This document shows, one piece after another, positions 1 through 13,276 of a DNA stretch of 49,896 bases. A program made the position numbers and the translations under genes. The notes under the pieces are model-generated. The model made no database searches. It saw only the letters and a program-made list of their open reading frames with translations, and was not told the DNA's origin. Numbering within the stretch: position 1 is the stretch's first letter; each line of letters begins with the position of its first letter. This stretch comes from Craspedostauros australis (taxonomy: Eukaryota): positions 1-49,896 of the forward strand of contig JALAGF010002801.1 of the NCBI GenBank assembly GCA_030167865.1, written 5' to 3'.

Positions 1-3000
1 CATGTCCATCCATCCCAATGAAGCCACATCCTAGTGCAAACAGTGCACAATCGCATCTTGCACCAACATCAACACCAAACATAAAAGTAGTAGTAGTAGT
101 TCTCAACAACAACCAGTTTTGTGAGATCGAGACAGCTGATTTGTGTTGTGTTACGAAACATTCGAGATTGTTCGATCCGATTCTGAGATGTCGAATCACG
201 GGTGGAGATATGTCACGGATGCCAATTTCCCTCAACTCCCAGAAGACAGGAGAGTCACCAAACGAGAAACCACGAACCCAAGACAAGACGGCGGCATCAA
301 CAATAAGAACAGCGAGGAGGCAGGAGGCAAGATCGACATCACTCCGCTTGTACCCCAGCGCTCGTATCGTCAGCATCACCACTATAATCGCAAAGAAGAC
401 AAGGGAACACAACTGGGTAAAGCAGATCTATAATTGTGGATTCCGTTTGTGCTCGAGAACAGTTGTGGATCATTGCTGCGTTGCGATCCCTGCTCCAGTC
501 TCTCGGCGACCATAGCAGACAGGAATAGTGTGGTACAAGTACGAATCTGCAGGCAGACATAGAGGGAGGTACGGATAGAGCAGAGCAGAGTGGAGCCACC
601 AGCATTGCGATCGTTGCGGTTGCGTGTCATTCAAGTAGCACTACTCATGCGCTCTGCCAGCTGGACGAGTTCTTCTGAGGAGTGCATGGTCCAAGCCATC
701 GGCATGCGCTCACCTGCTCCACCACCTACCTACCTACTGACAAGTACCTACGCATACGCATGTCTTTGCATCCTCCAATACTCCCATCCATTCGACAAGG
801 GTAGCGAGTTGAGCTTAGAGAAGAGAGCTCAAAAAGGAAGCGCGACGGACAGACGAATGTATGTTCATCCATATCCAACATATCCAATGCAAATGGGGGA
901 CACACTACAGGGACGAAACCAATACCAACACAAAGGTACCACGAAGTGAACAACATCAAACATCTGAACCACGACAGGTACCCCAACGCGCCCTGACAGA
1001 CGAGCTTCCACATTACACTCGCGGTGTCCATCGCGCTGTAGACATAACTGCAAGTAGCCTGCTCTATCTCTGCCGCAACCACCAAGACGGAAGACACTTT
1101 GAGGTCGCCTGAGAAGTGTTCAGATCCTTCTCCTATCTTCGCTCCTTCGATGGCCTCCTTCGCGATTGTCCATAGGTACGCAATCAGCAATCTTGGGCTC
1201 CCTCTTTCTCTCTCTCTCTCCACGAGCAGAGACTACATCACATACTAGTGTGCCTTGCGAGCGCACAGATACTCGTGCTGTGGCTGGACATCATCTGAGC
1301 GGAACTGTGACTTCGCATCAAGACCATCTACGAGATCTACTGCAACAGAATGAGCACGGTACGCGCAATTCGGCATTCGTGCGCAGAGCACTGCAATGCA
1401 TGCGAGTACGAGTGGACTCTGTGCACTGCCATGAAAAGTGCGTTCAACACGCGCCGCAGATGTGTAGCAAAGTGGAGTAGAGTACGAGCAAAGAGAAATA
1501 ACCGTGATGATCATCCGCAGATGAGCATCGTGACGGACAGGAATGGTACTTGCTCGCAGTGCCTGCGTATTCGCGCAACAGCGTGCAATGTTGGTTGGGG
1601 GCACATCATTGGTTGAACAGCGCGTCGCCAGAGACTCTTCCCATCGGCGCCTCGGCGCTGTCACCGGGTGTCGTTGGCTGTGTTCGTGGTTCCAGCGGAC
1701 ATCGGCATGGTCAACGAGTCAACCCCGCTTTGTCAGGACAAGTTCGGCTTGGAAAGCTACTCGCACATCACAGACCTTCCCACCATGCAGTGTGGGAATC
1801 TCTGGCAGGCTATGAGCGACCCTTGCTCGCTGGAACGCATCTCGCTGGGTCTCCTCTTCTCTCCTCTCCGTCGCCGTACGCTGGGGCGCGCTGTGCGTTG
1901 CTCATTGTCCATCTTGTGTGGAGTACTCTATTCTATTCTAGCTTCGTTCGGGATAGTTTATCGCAGTATTCCATGCGATGCTATTCAGCTCTCTCTGTCT
2001 CTTTCTCTCTGTCTCTGGAGAGGAATTGCTTGCGGCAAGTGTCTGTTGCAATCAACATGGTGTTTTATAGTATATTTCGATCGTTTCTATTGCTCCCCAT
2101 CGCCACCATTTCTGTGGGTGTGACGCTCTGGAGAGCCTTCCAAACACCACCGTTGCATCTGCATGGCGCTATTGACGATAGTGTGGCATGATACTATACC
2201 ATGCATGTGGAGAGGGTGTTGGTGGGAGAGAAGCAACGATTTCTTGATTGAAGTTTCGCAGAATGCATGGGGGCCGTGACTCTCTGTGGTGCGATGATGC
2301 GAAGAGGCGGCTGCATCCCGTTGTCACTGGAACAGTGAGCGAGAGAGAGAGCGAGAAAGCGACAGCACCAAGGGACAAGAACAGGAACAAGAGGAACATC
2401 AGCGCCAACAGCGACAACGGCATCAACATCAACATCATGACAAAGAAGATGCTCCGTGTCCCAACTCAAGTGTAACATCGGTTCGTCAATCCTGCAGCGA
2501 CCCAATGGACTGCAGAAATGCCTTGACCTCGCCAAGGTTGCCTTAATTGGATTGTGACGTCCACCACGAACGACGAACAACTGAGACTGTCGCAGTTCAT
2601 ATCGCAACATGTATCAACGTGATTGTTCATTGCACAGCCTTAAGTCCTTTGTGCACATGTCGAAACATCGCCGTGCAGGATTGGGCCAAGGCGGCTCAGC
2701 GAGAAATAGCGTGTAACAGCCAACAGCGCTTTGGTGCAAATGGCCAGGACGCAGTTGCGTGGTGATGGTGGCGTCGAACTCGATCGAATTGTGCACAACC
2801 GCGATTGTCCCTGTTTCTCAGCCCCAACGAGGCATAGTCAGCAGCTCAAATCCAAGAACCTCAAAATGGCAATCAATCTTGCAGAGTAATTGTGCTCTTG
2901 ATGATGGTCTGCGTCCATTGTTGCGGTGCGCGCCGTTCGCGCCCCCTCCTTCTTGCTCCACCCATCCCGATCTCTCACAAAACGAAACGAAGCACAGCAC

Positions 3001-3232
3001 GAAGCAACACAACAAAGAGCAGAAGCCCAACAACGAACACCCGCGTCAACGTCAGCAACCGCAGCCGCACCGCCTGCACATAAATACCTTGTCGCGCACT
3101 TGTACCTGTCAAAGTATTGGTAGAGTAGTACACAAACACCCCACCACAGACACAGACCCTCCAGCACAGCGCAGATACAGCACAAGCAGCACAGCACCTC
3201 AGCCACACAAAACAGAACAAAACAGAACCACA

Positions 3233-4456
3233 ATGATTCAGCTCGGCAGACGCAACAGCTCTTCTTGTTACGATCGCACAACCATGGACGAAGCAGCCAC
3301 CTTCCTTTCCGCAATGGACGAAGCAGCCTTGACGGTCGTACACCAACAGCATCAACAGCAGCAGCAGCAACAGCAGCAACAGCAGCAAATGGAAAGCACA
3401 GCAGAGCCAGACGCAAGCTTCGCGCCATCCACGGACAAGCACGTTCCTGCCAACAAGCGCATCACGGACCTGACAGCATGCAGCAGCGCAGCGGCCTCCC
3501 TCGACTTCGGTGATAGCGACGACAGTGACGACAGCGAGGATGACAGAAGCCTGGCAGCACCCATCTCCCGCAAGTTCGTCGCCTGGGACGAAGGCGCCAA
3601 CACCACCCACACGATCCCCAACCTCGACGACATGCTCAGCTGCACCGTGTCCCGCGAATCCCTCTGGTACTCCGCCAAGGCCCTGGACGAGACTCTGGCG
3701 GAGTGCATGAGAGCCGTCGACGCCACCTGCATGGACGAAGCATCGTCCGAGACCGACAGACGCGGCCTCGAGTTCATGACCACGGAGGGACTCAACATCT
3801 CGCGCCATTCCAGATCCACCGTGCTGCGCCTCCTCGAGCAACAGGCGGCCCTTCGCAGCCAGCAGCAGGGACCTGCCATGCCCGGTGCCAGACCGCTCAC
3901 CGACAGCGATGTCGCCATGTGCCTTGCCGATGGATACACCATGTCCTCCGCGCACAGACAGCGCATGGCGCATCTCGTGGGACTCAGAGACGCAAGCGAA
4001 GCACAGCAGGTGCAGACGGCAGGTCGACAGCGCACCGCGGGATCGAGGCGCCAATCCTGCCAGGCCCGATTCGTCTCCACACGTCAGCAGCAGCAGCCAA
4101 CCAGCCCATGGCTTACGAGCAGACCATCCGCGAGCGCCAATCCATGGGCCAGCAGCACCGCCTCCAACAACGTTGCGACACCCGGCAACAACGTGCAATC
4201 CCTCCTGCGGGCGGGTGCCCAGGAACGCCAGCGCCGAAGATCCCTGCGATCCTCGGCACGATCGCGTCACTCCTGCTCGGATCAGATGCAAAGCAACGCC
4301 CAGCAGGCATTCCGCGAGCTCGCCAACACGCCGTTCCTCGAGTCATCCGACGAGGAGGACAACTGCGTCATGCCACAGTTACAAACGCGACGACGATCCT
4401 CGCGCATCATGCGACGACGCGTCTCGGCGGAGTGCGGCGTCCTGCAGCAATCTTAA
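3233..4456 (+). CDS. Uncharacterised protein (~407 aa) with poly-Q tract and a 'KxVxW...WYS...RGLE' motif block of the kind often seen in diatom hypothetical proteins
   Basis: Long ORF 2759..4456. The likely start is ATG 3233 (MIQLGRR), after a C/A-rich 5' leader. Codons are C/G-ending. Motifs: RKFVAWDE..HTIP..ESLWYS..DRRGLE. Confidence 0.75.
   Translation: MIQLGRRNSSSCYDRTTMDEAATFLSAMDEAALTVVHQQHQQQQQQQQQQQQMESTAEPDASFAPSTDKHVPANKRITDLTACSSAAASLDFGDSDDSDDSEDDRSLAAPISRKFVAWDEGANTTHTIPNLDDMLSCTVSRESLWYSAKALDETLAECMRAVDATCMDEASSETDRRGLEFMTTEGLNISRHSRSTVLRLLEQQAALRSQQQGPAMPGARPLTDSDVAMCLADGYTMSSAHRQRMAHLVGLRDASEAQQVQTAGRQRTAGSRRQSCQARFVSTRQQQQPTSPWLTSRPSASANPWASSTASNNVATPGNNVQSLLRAGAQERQRRRSLRSSARSRHSCSDQMQSNAQQAFRELANTPFLESSDEEDNCVMPQLQTRRRSSRIMRRRVSAECGVLQQS
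3343..3388 (+). repeat. CAG/CAA trinucleotide repeat encoding poly-Gln
   Basis: caacagcatcaacagcagcagcagcaacagcagcaacagcagcaa, in frame in the CDS. Confidence 0.9.
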
Positions 4457-5075
4457 ATAAGGGCTACATTCATTCATTCAAACACACACAAAGCAATCAC
4501 GGTTGATATGTATTATATAATATGATATGTTACACTAGCACACCCCACGGAGAGAACACACTCTGCAATACAATAATAGAACACAATACTCTAATCATGA
4601 AGCAATTTTGAAACAGCAACAACAACAACAACAGCTCTCTATTCTACTCTGCTCGTACGACTATCTATCTGTGTGTGTGGACTAAAGGTACGCAGAAGGG
4701 TTGGTTGATTGATGTGACATACCACATCATACCATGCTCAACTCGTGCTGCGGGATGGAACCATTTGCGGATTGAATGCAAAGGCAAAACGAGCCAAAGA
4801 GAGGCAGCACCTGCGACCAGCGCAATCGAAGCCGCGCTGCGTTGTGGTGATACGGTACTGGTGTCTATGGTAGAGAGAGAGCAGTACGCTCGTGCACAAT
4901 GCCAGTAGTGCATGCCGTGACGACGCCTCGACGTTGTAAGCGACGGGGGGAATTGACATTCCGGGCAAATGGTACTGGTGACACCCGGATGTCCTGAGTT
5001 GCAATCCGCTGATCGTTGTTTGCGCATGTCAGTTCGTTCGTCGTCATTCCGCTTTGCTCCTCTGTCGCGACTTCC

Positions 5076-6479
5076 TCACCCCACCTCAATCTTCTCCTGC
5101 GCCGTCATCGTCGCCCACCATTGGAAGACTTTGCCGCCGGGCAAGGAAAAGATCTGATGGGCGGGCGCTGTGTCTTCCTGCTCCATCATCCGCAGGCTCT
5201 CTTCGGCCTTGTCGATCTCCGCTGGGCTGCACAGCTCCATCTCCAGGAACTTCGATCTCAGCGAATCGAATGACATCCGCAGCAGCCGAACGCCGCGTTC
5301 AAATGTGCGAGCGTCGTCGCCATCACTGATGGGTCCCTGCAAATGAACTCCATGTCCGAACATCGGCACGAACGTGCTGCAGAACAGATTGTCCGCCGTG
5401 ATGCCGGCAGCCAGCAAGTACTGCCCGATGTGAGGACCACGGCGGATGTCACCACCGAGCTTCCGACTGGCTTCCGTGTGGCCTCGGTGGAACAGTTCGT
5501 GAACGTACCAAGGAGGACTTGCGACAGCCCCAGTGGCGTCACAATCCTCAATTAAGATGATTCCAGCTTCATCGCCGTCGATATCATCGTCGTGCTGTTC
5601 GGTATTCGTCGGTTCATCGATGTTGGTTCCCTTGAGACATGCCACGGCAGCCCGCACCAAACATTCCGGATCGCTGACGTGCACCACAACGAATCGCATC
5701 CAAACGACATCGAATTGGCTGGCGCACACCTTCGACACCTCCTCGCCAGCGATGCACTTGAATTCCACTTCGATCAACTCGCTCAAGTAGCCGCTTGCCC
5801 TGCGCTTGTATTCGATCCAACCCTGCTCGGCACTCTCGACCAGCGCGGGATTGACGTCGACGGCAACGATCTTGATGGGCGGCTCCCTCTCGCTTCTTGC
5901 GTTTGCATTGGCGTCGGCACTGCGCATTTCGGTTGACGATCTCAAGGCCCGCAGAGCTGCGTTTATCGTTTCGTCTGCTTCGATGTGTTGGGTGATCCAA
6001 TCCACCAAGCCCAGCGTGGTCACGCCTGCACCACATCCGATTTCCAGAATCCTGCAGCTCTTTTGCTGCGAGTCTGGTCCCAGAGTATTTGCGATTCGGT
6101 CGAGTATTCCAGATCTGACCATGGCCGACCTCGAAGTCTTGCCGAAGCAACCCTGGAGCAATGCCTGCCGAGAAATGTTGTCGTCCTCGTGGATGTACCC
6201 ACCGCCGTCGTCACCCGGAACGTTGTCATTTTCGTGGTCGTTGTCACCGTCGGCACTTTCCGTTGCAGCGATGCTTGTGGCTGCCGCTTCCATTGTTGTC
6301 ATTGCGGAAGGCGCACTCGTGGATGAAGCAGGCCTACACGGCATCCGACTCATCAAAGAACGATCGCATCGGGCATTTTCATACGGGTCCGGTGTCGCAA
6401 ATGCGTGCGCCTGCATCACGAACAACACGAAACAGAACATGAGGGACGGTGCCTTGGACAATGTCGCATGTAGCATCAT
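5076..6479 (-). CDS. Class I SAM-dependent methyltransferase, probably with a bipartite plastid-targeting presequence
   Basis: 467-aa intronless ORF. Motif I ILEIGCGAGVTT, motif II IVAVDVNP, then QFDVVWMRFVVVHVSDP and GIILIED. The hydrophobic N-terminus ends in AHA-FAT, resembling ASAFAP. Confidence 0.85.
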   Translation of the reverse strand: MMLHATLSKAPSLMFCFVLFVMQAHAFATPDPYENARCDRSLMSRMPCRPASSTSAPSAMTTMEAAATSIAATESADGDNDHENDNVPGDDGGGYIHEDDNISRQALLQGCFGKTSRSAMVRSGILDRIANTLGPDSQQKSCRILEIGCGAGVTTLGLVDWITQHIEADETINAALRALRSSTEMRSADANANARSEREPPIKIVAVDVNPALVESAEQGWIEYKRRASGYLSELIEVEFKCIAGEEVSKVCASQFDVVWMRFVVVHVSDPECLVRAAVACLKGTNIDEPTNTEQHDDDIDGDEAGIILIEDCDATGAVASPPWYVHELFHRGHTEASRKLGGDIRRGPHIGQYLLAAGITADNLFCSTFVPMFGHGVHLQGPISDGDDARTFERGVRLLRMSFDSLRSKFLEMELCSPAEIDKAEESLRMMEQEDTAPAHQIFSLPGGKVFQWWATMTAQEKIEVG

Positions 6480-6996
6480 CGTTTATTGATAGGATATCCC
6501 CTTTCAAGGAATTTACGAAGCGAGGTTCTCCTGTTGCTGTTGCGTATTGGTGGCTGCTGTTGGTGCTGCTGCTGACACTCGCTCTCGTGCTCGCACTCCT
6601 CCCATGCCAATCAGTGGCGTTGCGTTTCGGTTGCCTGCTGTGGCTGAATGTGTACTTACGCGTGTGGTAAACTCGGCGACCGCTGGTCTTATGGAATGAT
6701 GGATCGCACGACAGCTGGCCCGATGCCCCAGTCTACTCCTCTCGGTTGCCTGTGGCGCTAACGCCGACCACACCAGCACCCCGGGAGGATGGATGGCAGC
6801 ATCAGGTCGAGGAAGGTGGTTGGGAAGTGTGGACACAGGATGTGGCAAAGATCATGGAAATCTTTGGTGTGTCCACGATTGGAATGGATTCCACGTTTGG
6901 GACTGACTTGATCTTTTTCTTCTTCGTTCCGGAATGCCGATGTGCCAGCGTCGATTGGGTGGATGTGCCGACGGAGGAATGGCGATGGTCTCTTGC

Positions 6997-9900
6997 TCAG
7001 TATCGATCTTTGACATCATCAGGGCATGGTATTCAAATGGAGTAACATAGCGCACAGGAACAAGCCAAAGCGACGCATCATGCAGCGTGGAGAGTGTAGC
7101 AAAGCAGAGAGCGACAGCGTGGTATAGAGAAGGATAGAGGAATATGCGTCAGTGGTTTTGCTTGCTACCCATCGATGGACAAAGCTCTCCTTGATTCTTG
7201 AGCATCAGAATACCGTGACGAACCATCACTCACTGCAGCAGTACTAGCTCGTCGAACATGGCGCACATACTCGCACAGCCGAAGCACACCAGAGCGTGTC
7301 GCCTTCATGATTCATCACTTACATCGAATTTTCTGCCAAAAATCGCAGGTGCAGTCGCGTTCCACCAGCCTCTCCTCAGGAGGCGATTTCAGTTCGAGCA
7401 GCTGCGGGAAGAAGTCGTCATCCCAATAGCTCTGCAGGCTGTTGCCTCGGCGGTCGTCGGTGCGCAGGCCTGTCCCAAGGACGCCCATGTCTTGAGCGAT
7501 CCTTTGCACTTGCCGGATGATGCTGCGAGGGATCTTGTGCTTGCCCTTGTTGTCTTTGGATTGGACGCCGAAGTTGTACAGGAACTTCAGAGCGAGCAGG
7601 GAATCCATCGCATCATGGTCGGATCCTTTCGATCTTTTCAGCTCGGTCCTCAGCAGGTCTTCCTCGGCGACCTGCATCCTGAGAGCGTACAGGGCTCTGC
7701 GCCTGTAGGCGCGATCGTCGACGTAACCGCCATCCTCGTCGTCAATGTCGCCGTCGTCTCCCCAAAAGAAACCGTCTCCGTCTCCGCCATCGCCATCGTC
7801 AGCCTCATCGAAGTCGTCCCACAGACCGCCCTCGCCCTCGCTATCCGAGTGTTGAGATAGGAATTCATTGATCTGCTTCTCATTTAGTTTTCCATCTTTG
7901 GGAATGTACCGCCATGGCACCCATCTGACCTTCGACCCGTCGTAGTTCGGATTGCCGTTCCTGGCAAATGCCACCCATCGCTCCGCCATGTCGGACGCCA
8001 CCTCTTGGTCCGCGCTTGCCGAGAAGTAGTCCCCGAACAACGACTTCAGCATCCGCTGGAACGATCTCCTCGTCCGGGATGTCGCATTCCTTCCTGGATT
8101 CAAGGTCGGTGTTTGCTGCTGATGGATGTGCTGCGAAGATTTTCCGTCAGCTCCGCCATAAACGGTGCCATCGTCGGCGTCGTTGATTGCGTGCACTGCA
8201 CCGAGCTCGCCGTCGCCATCATTGTCGTCATGGTCGTCTTCCTCAACCAGCAGGCCGCGGTACGCGTTCAAGATATCTGTGTACGGGTACTCGGGAGCTT
8301 CTGGTGCTTCTTCCTGCGCCATCGCGCTGAGAGTGGAGTAGTTGGTTCGGATGAGATCCATCGCCTCGAAGGTGTACGGCAGCTCTGCCGTGTGACAAGA
8401 CTGCGGAAGAATCAAACCGAATCAAGTGGATCGACGGAGAGCGTGTGTGTGTGTATGTGTGTATGTGTGTATGTGTGTATGTGAGAGTCAGTTTTGGGTG
8501 ATGGCGGAAAAGCGAAGACGTTGCCACAGAACTGATCACGTGGAGAACGATCCAATTCCCTTACCTTCCCCCAGCATTCCTTGAATCCTGGAATATGCGT
8601 CGGCTGGCTGAAGCGGTAGACGTAAACGTTGTTGTCTTTGCCCTTCTTCACTCGTTTGCGGCTCAGCAGATGAGCAAAATGCCATGTGGGGCAACGAAAG
8701 AGGTAATCGCCGATGATTCGGCTCATCACAGGTCTGTAGTCCACCACCACCTTCGCGGCCTCCTTGAGAGCCCTGGCTCGCTGCCGTTCTTTCCGCTTCC
8801 TTTCTCTCTCCAGCTGTCGCTCGGTTTGTTGCTCGTAGAGATAGTCCTCGTCAATGCTATCCGCGTTGTTCCCAAACGGCCATAGTTTTCGATGCCATCC
8901 CACGGTCATGTTACCAGCAGCAGCATCTCCGCGCTTTTCCGCACCGTCGTTGCGAAGGTAACCACCATGCGCATCGAGATCCTCCTGGGCACCGCCCAAG
9001 CTGAATGTCTGAACGAGTCGTTCAACTGTTTCGTCGGACACAAGTTGGGGTTCGTAGGCGGATGTGTCGTTGTGGATGGCCCGCAACAGCTCGTACTCGT
9101 TTTCGAGCTCTTCCTGATTCTCCATGTAGTACTGACGATTCTCCTCCTCTTCAATCTGCTTCTCAGCGATTGCCCTCGCCTCCATCTCGATTTGTTCCAC
9201 GTACGGTCTGTAATGCTTGAGGACTTTTCCGGCCGAATCCTTGAACAGAGCCCCCACGAACATCCAGTACACCACCTTCGACATCGTCAGTGGAAATGCG
9301 CCATGCACGAACATCTCTCCCTCGTGGGCGTTGGTTCCGATGATGATCGGTATTTCGTCGGGGATGAGGTCCAGGTTGGTCAACGGCTGCGTGACGTTGA
9401 CCGAGAACTTGTGCGAAGCGCGGTTCTTTTGCTGGTGGTAAGATTCGACGCGGAAGATGGATTTGTGCTCCATATTCGGCAGACCGTCGCTGAGTCGCCT
9501 CCCGTTGAATGTGCTGGACCCGCCGATCGTGACCTGCAGCTCTTCCGTCAGGGTGGGTCCCCACGTGAAGAAATCGCCAACGGAACGCGGTATGCCCATC
9601 AGCGTGGATTGCGCCTTCATGATATCCTCCACCGGTTCCGATCGCAAGCAGTCCAGATCTCTGCAATCGATGGATCGCTTCAACGCTGCGCCGATGAAGT
9701 CGGCAACCACGACCGAGCGGAATTGATAGCCCATTGGGTTCGACTGGATGATGGCGCGGTGAAACAGCTTGTTCTTGGCGGCGGCATCGGGTTGATTCCG
9801 TTGCGAACCGCTGCCAGCACTGCCGCCACCAACGTCGGTATTGGCCGAGTTGTCCATCAGCAGGTGCAGGCCGATCATGACGCCTCCCGCCGACTCTCCG

Positions 9901-10900
9901 AACAAGGTGATCGAGCTCGGATCGCCGCCGAACGACTTGATGTTGTCCTTGAGAAAATGCAACGCCGCCCTCTGGTCCTGCAATCCGAAGTTTCCGAACA
10001 GGCCATCCTCGCTGGACACCATGAATCCCAACGCTCCAAGCCGGTAGTTCAACGTGACGACCACCATCCCACGCCCCGCCAGGTGCCTGCCGTCATATTC
10101 CGGTCGCCGAGCGCCACCCTGTTGAAACGCCCCGCCGTGTAGCCATACCATGACAGGCAGCAGCTTGTTGTTGCGCGACGAATGCCCCGGCGGCGTGTAG
10201 ATATTCAAGTACAGGCAATCCTCGGACATGTGCGCCTCGTCGGAGCCGGGGTTCATGACCGGATCCACCATCTGCCAGCAATCAGGACCAAACCGCGTCG
10301 CATCCAAAATATGAGGCTTCCAAGGCGATGGTTCCTCAGGTGCCGCCCAACGCAAGGAACCCACGGGCGGCGCAGCTACGCGTCGCAATATGCGGCATCG
10401 CATAATATAACACATGGGGCAGAGTAGAGTAGAAGAGCAGATGAATTGGAATTTGTAAGTTTGGCAAGTCCATGTGCATGTGCATATGTATGGATGTGTG
10501 AATAAGTGAATCAGCTGGTTCCGAGCATGACACTTCTGAGTACGTAGTAATGTGGCACCATTCCAATGCGCAAAAGCTTGGCAAAGTGTCCACTACTGAG
10601 TGCTGAATGCCGAATGCTCAGTGTTCAATGGATCTCTGCAACTCTTCCCCCTCGCACGCGGGACTCACCGTAAGGAATGCCGCCAAAGAAGTCCATGCCC
10701 ATCTCTCGTACGCCTTCCACCTTGCCCAGCTTCGTCTTGACGACCACGCTGGTGACCGTGGTGGTGGATCCATCGCCTTCAGGATCCTGGGCCACGCAGC
10801 AACTCTGACAGAGCACCGCGATCACCGATCCTACGAGTAGTGCTGTCGACGCACGCATCAGCCTCGGCCATGATCGTCGCTCACTCATCTCCCCACTCAT
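6997..10900 (-). CDS. Secreted type-B carboxylesterase/cholinesterase-like alpha/beta hydrolase (~1040 aa, spliced)
   Basis: Exons 10900-10669, 10375-8565 and 8400-7323, plus a probable 11-nt terminal exon 7007-6997; without that exon the gene stops at 7315. Introns are GT-AG and join in frame (GIPY|AAPPVG, CWGK|SCHTAELPY). Motifs: signal peptide, SEDCLYLNIY, oxyanion HGGAF, nucleophile GESAG, GTNAHEG, catalytic His in SCHTAEL. Confidence 0.9.
8443..8482. repeat. (TG)n/(TATG)n microsatellite inside esterase intron 2
   Basis: gtgtgtgtgtgtatgtgtgtatgtgtgtatgtgtgtatgt within intron 8401-8564. Confidence 0.85.
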
Positions 10901-11537
10901 CTTCCTGGTCTATCCATTGCGCACGATGCCAGCGCCACTCGAATCCTTCCTTCCTGTTGCTTCTTTGCTTTCGCTTTCACGTTCACTTGCAATCGTATGA
11001 ACAGAGCAGCAAGATGGATGATCAGATCTTGTCTGCGTTCTGTTGATTTTGTGGCCTTTTCTTGTTGTTGTGTTCTCATTTTTTGGTGTGTGGAGGTTGA
11101 TCCGTTTCCGCGTGGCAAATTGTTGACATCAAAAGACACGATTCCGTTCAACGATGCGTGGACGAGCACGAAGTCGGACGAGTCTATTTTCGATCTTCGT
11201 CGGAACGGCTATTTGGGATCTTCGTGTAAAATATGTATTATCTGTAGTTTACGATGTAAGCAGCGGAAGAAGGAGCTTTGCCGAAAATCAGCCTATTTCT
11301 CCACGATGTCTGGGTTGACACGCACGCACGCACACCCCTCCGTCTCTTCCTGCATTAGACTCTATCTGGTTGTGCAGGAAAGGCGATACAGCCCGGCAGA
11401 GCACTCCATTCGTTATCCCATATAGTGTAATATTCTACCGTGCTCTAACATCCCTGTTGCGGCATACTCGTATGCGTATGCGTGTGTTTGTGCGCATAGT
11501 CGTACATCAAGCGAAAAGAGAGGCGTTGCGATAGAGT

Positions 11538-13276
<1,739 letters not shown>

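Noticed and set aside
1-2750. Many short overlapping ORFs, including 726..1223(-) and 1668..2123(+), with possible exon-like fragments
   Set aside because: No recognisable motif, no consistent splice model, and rich in simple repeats. Could hold a degraded gene but cannot be supported.
2759-3232. N-terminal extension of the 565-aa ORF
   Set aside because: Starts at a non-ATG codon and runs through C/A-rich leader-like sequence. ATG 3233 is more plausible, although an in-frame ATG at 2765 cannot be excluded.
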